A DNA stretch of 64,000 nucleotides, taken from assembly GCF_006345805.1 (NCBI RefSeq), contig NW_021832122.1:87216-151215 (forward strand), written 5' to 3'. The position numbers and the translations under genes were made by a program. A model generated the notes under the pieces. The model saw nothing but the letters and a program-made list of their open reading frames with translations, had not been told where the DNA came from and made no database searches. Origin of the DNA: Octopus sinensis. Lineage: Eukaryota. Positions 54,075-64,000 of the stretch are shown here, piece by piece (the first letter of the stretch is position 1; each line of letters opens with the position of its first letter).

Positions 54075-55756
54075 CTAAAATTGCGCTTTCCAATTTTTGA
54101 AAGCGACAGATGCAGCAACTGCAGCTCCTTTTCCACTCCCGTCTGTAGATAAGCATGTTTTAAACTAAAATTAAATTAAGCATCGAATATTTGTATATAA
54201 GAAAATATTTAGTTAAACTATTAATAACCATTTTTTTAGTTAATTGAGACAGTGCTAACTCCATAGTTTTTGAAAAATACTCATGAAAGCGGTAAAGCGA
54301 TCCATCTACACCAATAATAACAAAATCAGAGTCCGCACGTTCAATAAGTACAGCAAGACCTTGATATTTCTTATAGACCACAACTTACCACAGGCAACCA
54401 ATCTAGCCGCTCTCTCACTGACAACTTGACAAACAAATTTGAGTAGAGTCAGATACGGCAGACATGGGTCAGTGACCCCAAACTCACAGAAAACCTTACG
54501 TGCGTTTGACATATCTTCATCAGGGTCACTTTTTTAATATCATTACGACAATACTTTACTATTTCTGAAACATACTTGGTAATAAAAGACTGAGCCTCGT
54601 CTATTTTTGATGAAAAGTTACAGGAAATGCATCCCTCTTGTCTCAATTTGAGTAAAATCTGTCGGACCATCTCTCCCATATAGAAACCAGAAATCATTTT
54701 CTCGTATCTTTGTATTGAAATATAAAAAACACATTTGTTGTCCTCTATTTACTGAATTTGAGTCAATGAGCCTGTCAAACTCACTCAATACAAAATCTAA
54801 TTCTCCATTTACTCCAAAAGCTCCCCATTCCGTGTTTATTATCATCTAATATATTGTTAATACTACCAATACCATGTCGGTATTTTTAATTTCAGATCTA
54901 TCAGCCATTTCAACGTTTTCTAGTTTTTCTATATATGAAGCATTAGTCCCCGTTCCTAGAAATTCCGAAAAAACAAAAACCAATGATAAGTCCGATTCTT
55001 GTTTCGGGATTTTCCAAGGCACATGCGAGTAATGTTCCCACTGTATCATTGACTACAGCAAAACATTTAACATTCAGATCCTAAAATATGTTTTAAAATT
55101 AGAAAACCCTTTTTTCGATAGAACAATGGAGTAGTTCGACCACATTCTGACCGACCACACCTTCGCAATTAAAATCCTTGGTCCATCTTATTAAAACAGC
55201 GTTATTGAGTCCAGACTGTTTGCAAGGAAAAGAAAAAGTAAATCCCAACGGAATTGGAGAATTATTTGACTTTTTGCTGACGTCAATGCCATTAACAGTG
55301 AAGAAACTTTCCATACATGTTGCTATGTGGTCAAAAAGCTAAGAAAATGATAATATCTCAATTCTCACAGTGTCCGCAGTTCCATATCTGGCAGAATAAG
55401 GAATTTCAAAGACTTGGTTGAGCATTTTAACTTCTGTGCCGTTCAAATCTATTAACAAAACACGAAAGTTCGTCCCCCCTAAATCAAGAGCGACAAATTT
55501 TCCAAGTTCTACAAAATAGTGTTTTTTAAAAAAACCATTTGTAGGTAGATTTGTTACATATGATGGAAACATTTTTATTGAAGCAGTCATGTTTGTTTTT
55601 GATGAAAGTCCAGCTTCCATTGCCATTTCCATGCCATCTCGAACTTGAACGTATTGTTCATGAGTTAGGCATAGTGGTTTGACCACATCGTTTATCTGAA
55701 TACTAACACACCCTTACTTTGGAAATGATTTCTTTTGAGAATAATTGAGCATCCAT
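54075..55756 (-). CDS. HK: Hexokinase (single-domain), 10 exons
   Basis: [83 protein letters not shown]. Confidence 0.97.
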
Positions 55757-57059
55757 TATATTAAATTGAATTTATTGAATTTATTTTAAATTCGGTTTAC
55801 CAGAAAGTACAAAACTACTTTCAAAGTAATATGTTTTATATCAAATTACAATTAAAATATATTTAATTAATTTTAATTTAATTTATATTATTTCATAGTT
55901 AATGATTTATTAAGTCAAGTAGAAGGTTCCATGCATCCAATATGCACCCGGATTGACGAGTGATACCGTCGCGGAACCGGATGTCCTCATCGGCCGCACA
56001 ACAAAAAGTGGGGGGGGGGCAAGATGGACTAGAAGAGACACATGACTTTATTTAGATTAGTTAGTTCCTTGGTTACATGTTTTTTTTCTTCTTGATTTTT
56101 CTATAAAAAAATGTGTGGCCAGCCTGGGCGAAATGGACGATATGTCGTTTACATTCGCGGCAGGGCTATTTACGATTTTTTACGAAGTAGCATTAAATTT
56201 GATTAATACTTGTTTGAGATAACTATACTTAAAATTGAATCGAGATGGTTTGTGAGCAGATATCTCTTCTGATAGTACGCTCTAACTCTTTCTTGATCAC
56301 GTTAGCCTCTAAATTAAAGTTACTCATAAACTTTAATGAGACAATTCAAGAATAATTTTTACATTAAAGTAATTCTATCAAATTTATAAATTGATTGTTC
56401 AATTTGATCTTGTCAGAAAACGTCATATAGAATGATAAATTTATTAGACAAGTTTAGTCACCATAATAGTTCCTAGATATTGTTATCCTCTAAATAATGT
56501 GCACTTTTTTGGGTGTGAAACAGTTTTGCCAATCTGACTTTAATCTGATGTGGCAGATGATCAGTGATGCTTTGTGTGAACTAGGAAATTATGCATTATA
56601 AAGAATCTCAAGCATTTGACCTCAATAGATTTAAGATAAATATTTTGAGAGGAATCCAGTGACAGAAATAATATTGTTTCAGTCGATGTATATTTGGAAA
56701 AGGATATCTGAACACTCGGACGTACGATGCTCATGAAAAACTGGTTACATTTTACTTTGAACAAATCTTGATATTTTAATTTTTGATTAACTTCAAAGAT
56801 ACTTAACAAAAGATATTAAAATTAATTATTTTTGTAGTCTCGTCATGGGTCGTGTCCATAATTTCCTTTGACATATTTTATCTATTAAATAAAAATTCTT
56901 GCTTTACCTCACCTCGATTATTTGATAAATGTTGATTATTCCAGATTGAAGATTCGAATTTATCCAGCCACAACTAAGGGTTTGTTCTACAGTATTTTAA
57001 AAAGTCAAACCTATCTCTAATGTGTTATGATAGGTTTCCATACAAGCAGAGGAAATACC

Positions 57060-57330
57060 TTATTTGATATTTGGACCTGCTCAGACACATTCTCGTAAGA
57101 AAATTTCGATCCTGGGCACGCGTCAAGCCAAGCGGGGGATCGCAAAATTATTAAATACGGCCACATTTCAAACTCGTTGTTTTCTACTCCAACCGTTTAA
57201 AATCCTCCAGGATCTTCCGCCTCAAGACGCTTCGCTTTTTTCGCTCGGTCGACGGATTTCAAGGATAAGACACGACTCAAGGGAGTCATCTTGGCTCTTG
57301 GAACGTCTGTCGATCGATTTTTAACGAGTA
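57060..57330 (+). mobile_element. Decayed CRE-like endonuclease/3' fragment
   Basis: Aligns with 33660-33800; ends in RESSWLLERLSI. Confidence 0.6.
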
Positions 57331-58525
57331 TCCAAACACTTACCAACTTCCCAAACCCAGCATGGTTTTAAACCATTGCACCCAAAAACTACTAATTTAA
57401 AAACACTTTCCCAATTCGTCCTGAACGTCTTCAATGAAAAGAGACCGCTAAAACGAACAGTCCTATTTTTTGTCGACATCTCTAAGGCCTTTGACAGCGT
57501 CTCTAAATGTAGTCTCAGCAACAAAATTGACATGACCGACCTAAGCTTAAACTACAAATCCTGTCTTGGAAACTTCTTATAGGGCTTGAGTTACGTCTCC
57601 CTCACAGACCATTTTTCTAAGCAACTTTTTTCCAAGCGAGGTATCTCGAGGTTCCGTGCTGTCTTCAACCATGTTCAACCTTTATTTGCACGACTTTCCA
57701 GCCAAAGACCCAAAAAACTTCTTACGCAGACATTATTATTGACTCAAATGCGAAAACTACAAAGCCGTTTCCTTCAACATTCAGCAAACACTATACCTCG
57801 GTGAGAATTGGCTTATCGAAAAAAGGCTCGAAGCTTTATTCTCCCTTGGTCACCCTATTATCTTTGGGCAGAAACAATCAAACACACATCCCAAGCTATC
57901 TCTCTTTGATTCTGACCCTCCGCTATCCAAGCACCCCACTGTTCTCGGATTTACCTTCGATCCAACCATGTTCTTCAACAAACATTTTTCAAACATCTCG
58001 GACAAGGCAAACAGGCATATAAACATTTTAAAAACGATAAGTGGTCGCATCACTGGTGCCCAGAACCACTCCTCAAATGAGTTTACAAATGATACCTCCC
58101 CCCAGTTCTATGTTACGCAAGTCTCAGCTGAGCTCCTTGTCTATCTACAAGGTCCACTGTAGGACTTCAATCAGTAAAAAACAAGACAATACGCATTAGA
58201 TCAACACCCATCACCTGTACTGTGAAACCAATTTTCTCCTGATAGAAAAACATCTTAATATGAAAAGAACACAAATCCTATTTACTTGCATAAATCCTAC
58301 CATTTTTGCACTGGTCTAAAATGCTATCTCTCCTTTATGTAACCTCTGCTGTGTTGACGACCACTCAGCCAATCACCTTTTCCGCTGTCCCGATCATCTT
58401 CCTATCCGTAAAAAATTTTTGTTCACTCCCAGAAATCCTTTGGGAGCAACCTGTGAAAACGTTGTTGTTTCTGCTAGCCGCTGGTCTCAGACCCTGACCG
58501 CGGTTATGCAACAACAAACTAGTCT
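57330..58525 (+). mobile_element. Decayed LINE (Jockey/I-group) RT plus C-terminal zinc finger
   Basis: FVDISKAFDSV, broken GVPQG.VLSP/YADD and LLGFTFD motifs, C..C....HS..HLF.CP...LWE.PV, then a (CAA)n tail at ~58509. Confidence 0.8.
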
Positions 58526-58559
58526 AAAATGCTGAAAATTCCTCTATAACTCTAAGTTA

Positions 58560-59480
58560 ACCAACATTCAAAAAAATAACTTTTTTTAATTCATTAAGTA
58601 CATGGTTGCGCTTGTGCCGGGCTTTACTTCAGGTTATTCTTTCTATCATTTTCTTAACTAACTGCCTCCAAGAACCACGGTTCTTTGCGGTTTCTCTAAA
58701 GATATCCAGATCATCTCTATTTTTTAACTTTCGTCTTAAATTGGTCAGGTCCTTGTGTAGGACCTCTGGCAAAGTCAAACGAGGTCTTCTACGGAAAGAG
58801 TTGTTCACTTCTAGGCAGAAATAGTTCCCCGTTGCTATGTTGGCAAGTGTCATTCGCTCTTCCGAGGGATGAGACGAAATAGACTCCATCTTGATTCAAT
58901 TGTATCCAGGCTCAATGGTCTTGCATTACATATTTTTATAAATTCTAATTTGTTATTTTCTTTGGGTAGTTGATGCCAGGCAACAATCGGAGTTGTTTAC
59001 GATGGAAGAAATCTAGTTTTTCCATTAAAGTTTGCGAGACTCCCTAGGTTTTGCAGCATTGTACATTAGGAGCGGTTTTACGAAGGCATTGTATAGTCTT
59101 ACACACAAATGTGTGCTGATTTGTTTACGATAAATCCAGAGTGCTCCCATTCTTCTAAAGGCCGCGACGGTCAACATTTTTTTGTTAGTGATATCTTCAG
59201 GATTTCCAATCAGGGACCAAAATTTTGTTTACGTATCTTTATTTTTCATCAGTTCGTGTTAATTCGTGACGTATGATTGTTGTTTCACTCTTCTCAGCAT
59301 TAATTTTGATGAACCATTTTTCTAGCTTTCTGGCATTCTTGTCCATATGTAGTTTAATGTTTTTTCGTCTCGGAATATATTTTACCATCTGCATAAATCA
59401 TTTCAGTTTGAGCTAAGCTAAAGTCTTTGAGTGCCGTCTCCAGATATGTCACAAAAGGTACCGGTGACAGGGAATCCCAC
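58560..59480 (-). mobile_element. Decayed RTE-like LINE 3' part
   Basis: LYNAFVKPLLMYNA and RRRPRLTLPEVLHKDL...WRQLV; the same family as 5600-5950. Confidence 0.75.
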
Positions 59481-59499
59481 TGCGGTACCCCAAAAGTTG

Positions 59500-60660
59500 T
59501 TTTGAATGGGACAGATTTTACATTACCAAGACGTCAACAACGTAGTTCCGAGTAATATAATGATCATTCTGACACTGTCCTCGTCAACCAAATTCTCTAA
59601 GATATTGAGAAGTGGTACATCTGAATCCGTCCTTGATGACTTGATTATCTTAATCTCTTCATTGCGCGCTATTGGTCTTGAAGTCAATTATCATAAATCT
59701 GAAATTATAAACATCAATTACGACAAACCATTTTTTCGATATTCATCGTTCCTTCAACTCGCTTCTATCTAGAATCCAGGTCACCACGCCATCGAATCTC
59801 AAAGAAATAATCTGTGATGTCCCTTTTGATGACCTTGGCTGGAAGCAAGCAATCCTTCCGGTTAGAGTTCTCTTCAGCTGTCAAATGCTGGTCCGCTAAT
59901 TGCCTCAAAGTACCTAATGATTTAGGACGCAAACAGCGATAATAGGACGTAAATCTTTCCTCCTCAAGTGTAAATTTGATCAACCAGGCTTATCTGCTTG
60001 CGGGGTCTCAAAAGTATTCAGGAGCCTGGCTGATAGCTATCCCAATGGCGTCAGTCGGGACATTACTGGATAAAAAATGCCTCCGCATCGCAGTTTTTCT
60101 GGGCCTAGGATTAAACATCTGCCGTGAGCATCAATGCCGCTTCGGTCAGACGGATGACACCCTAAGACTATCTTGCCGTTATAGCGCTGGGTGTTTCCCT
60201 CGCCACTTTGAGCTTAATGATGTGGTGAGCCGCTCCATGGCATCTGCGTGTATTCCCTAATGTGCTGGAACCAGTCGAGTTGGATCGCAAAGATGGAAAG
60301 CGCCCAGATGGCATGACAACATTCTCATTCGATCACGGAACATGTCTCATTTGGAACACGACATGCTCCAACACATTCTCGGCATATAATCTAATCTCGG
60401 CAGTAGCTGTCTCGGCTCGGCGGCAAGACACGTAAATCTCGCATAAAAAGAAATTTTTGTCCCGGGAAAAAACCACATATTTTCACCAATAGCCGTTGAA
60501 ACATCAAGAGTCATCGGCCCAGAATCGCTCTCTTTCTATGTCGATTGGGGACGAAGATTATAGGGGAAAAATCCAAACCAGACTCATAATCTTTTCCAAA
60601 AAGTCTCCTTTCCGATCGCCTGGGGAACTATCAGGCCACCTTATGCGCCGGCAATTTTTA
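59500..60660 (+). mobile_element. Decayed CRE-like non-LTR retrotransposon
   Basis: IGLEVNYHKSEI, LGWKQAILPVR, YSGAWLIAIP, NVLEPVELDRKDGKRPDGMTTF...CLIWNTTCSNTFS; parallels 22040-23270. Confidence 0.85.
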
Positions 60661-60959
60661 ATTAAAAAATTGAGAATGTAGAATTGAATAAATAACGGTT
60701 TCTCCTCATGAATAGACATAATTTAATTCTATTCTTTTAAAATAAAAGTAAGCCAATTCATGAAGTTAAGTCATAACGTGATACTTCTAATCCAACCAAG
60801 ACCAAGAACAGCCGAAACACTTTTTTAAAATCAAGGCTGAACCACACGTGCTAACAATTACCACAATGTTTTAACACGACGAAACTCTTTAAAAACTCAT
60901 TTTTTCAGATAAAAATAATAAAACACTATCATTGCTGATAGAAATACATTTTGGCACAA

Positions 60960-63806
<2,847 letters not shown>

Positions 63807-64000
63807 TTTATATAAACTAAATTGATTAATAAAAATTAAAATTAAAAATAGCAATTAAATTTTAGATATAATTCTATGTACAAAAATTAGTTGCGAATGT
63901 AATAAAAAAGCCGATATTAATAACTAAATAAACAATGTAGTCTGAAACAAAGAAGCGCACAACAAAAATTATCAGCTTGAGAATACGCAATTTATTTATG

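Noticed and set aside
55940-56170. GC-rich island with a G11 run and a CCGAUGA hammerhead-like core on the minus strand
   Set aside because: Core deviates from CUGAUGA and lacks the GAAA and stems; probably a TE scrap.

Overview
AT-rich, gene-dense eukaryotic (animal-type) DNA using the standard genetic code. It has ultra-short spliceosomal introns, mostly 21-37 nt, roughly 140-150 traced by hand. That intron size together with ciliary genes suggests a dicyemid-like or similarly miniaturised metazoan; this is inference only. I could reconstruct 18 conserved protein genes by hand: WDR83OS/Asterix, MCM2, MOB1, PGLS, CEP290-like, a Tctex1-domain dynein light chain, a calnexin-like protein, MRPS30/mL65, LIN54, coactosin, HP1/CBX, FBXL13, annexin, SPTLC2, CFAP107, LACTB, hexokinase and PKN. 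The gaps between genes hold decayed mobile DNA: Tigger/pogo, Tc1, hAT, Merlin, Helitron, and RTE-, CRE- and Jockey/I-type retroelements, plus a 361-bp tandem array. The most interesting signals are four. (1) A divergent RNase P RNA candidate at ~25589-26047 has internal T-runs that argue against Pol III transcription. It lies 49 nt downstream of a frame-preserving, spliced, chimeric partial duplicate of LACTB that could be its Pol II host. (2) Splice-site rules look relaxed: five GC-AG introns and two apparent GT-TG introns. (3) A calnexin-like protein lacks the whole P-domain. (4) Four 1-nt frame breaks are confined to CEP290 and may be assembly errors. All calls are by eye; no database search was run.
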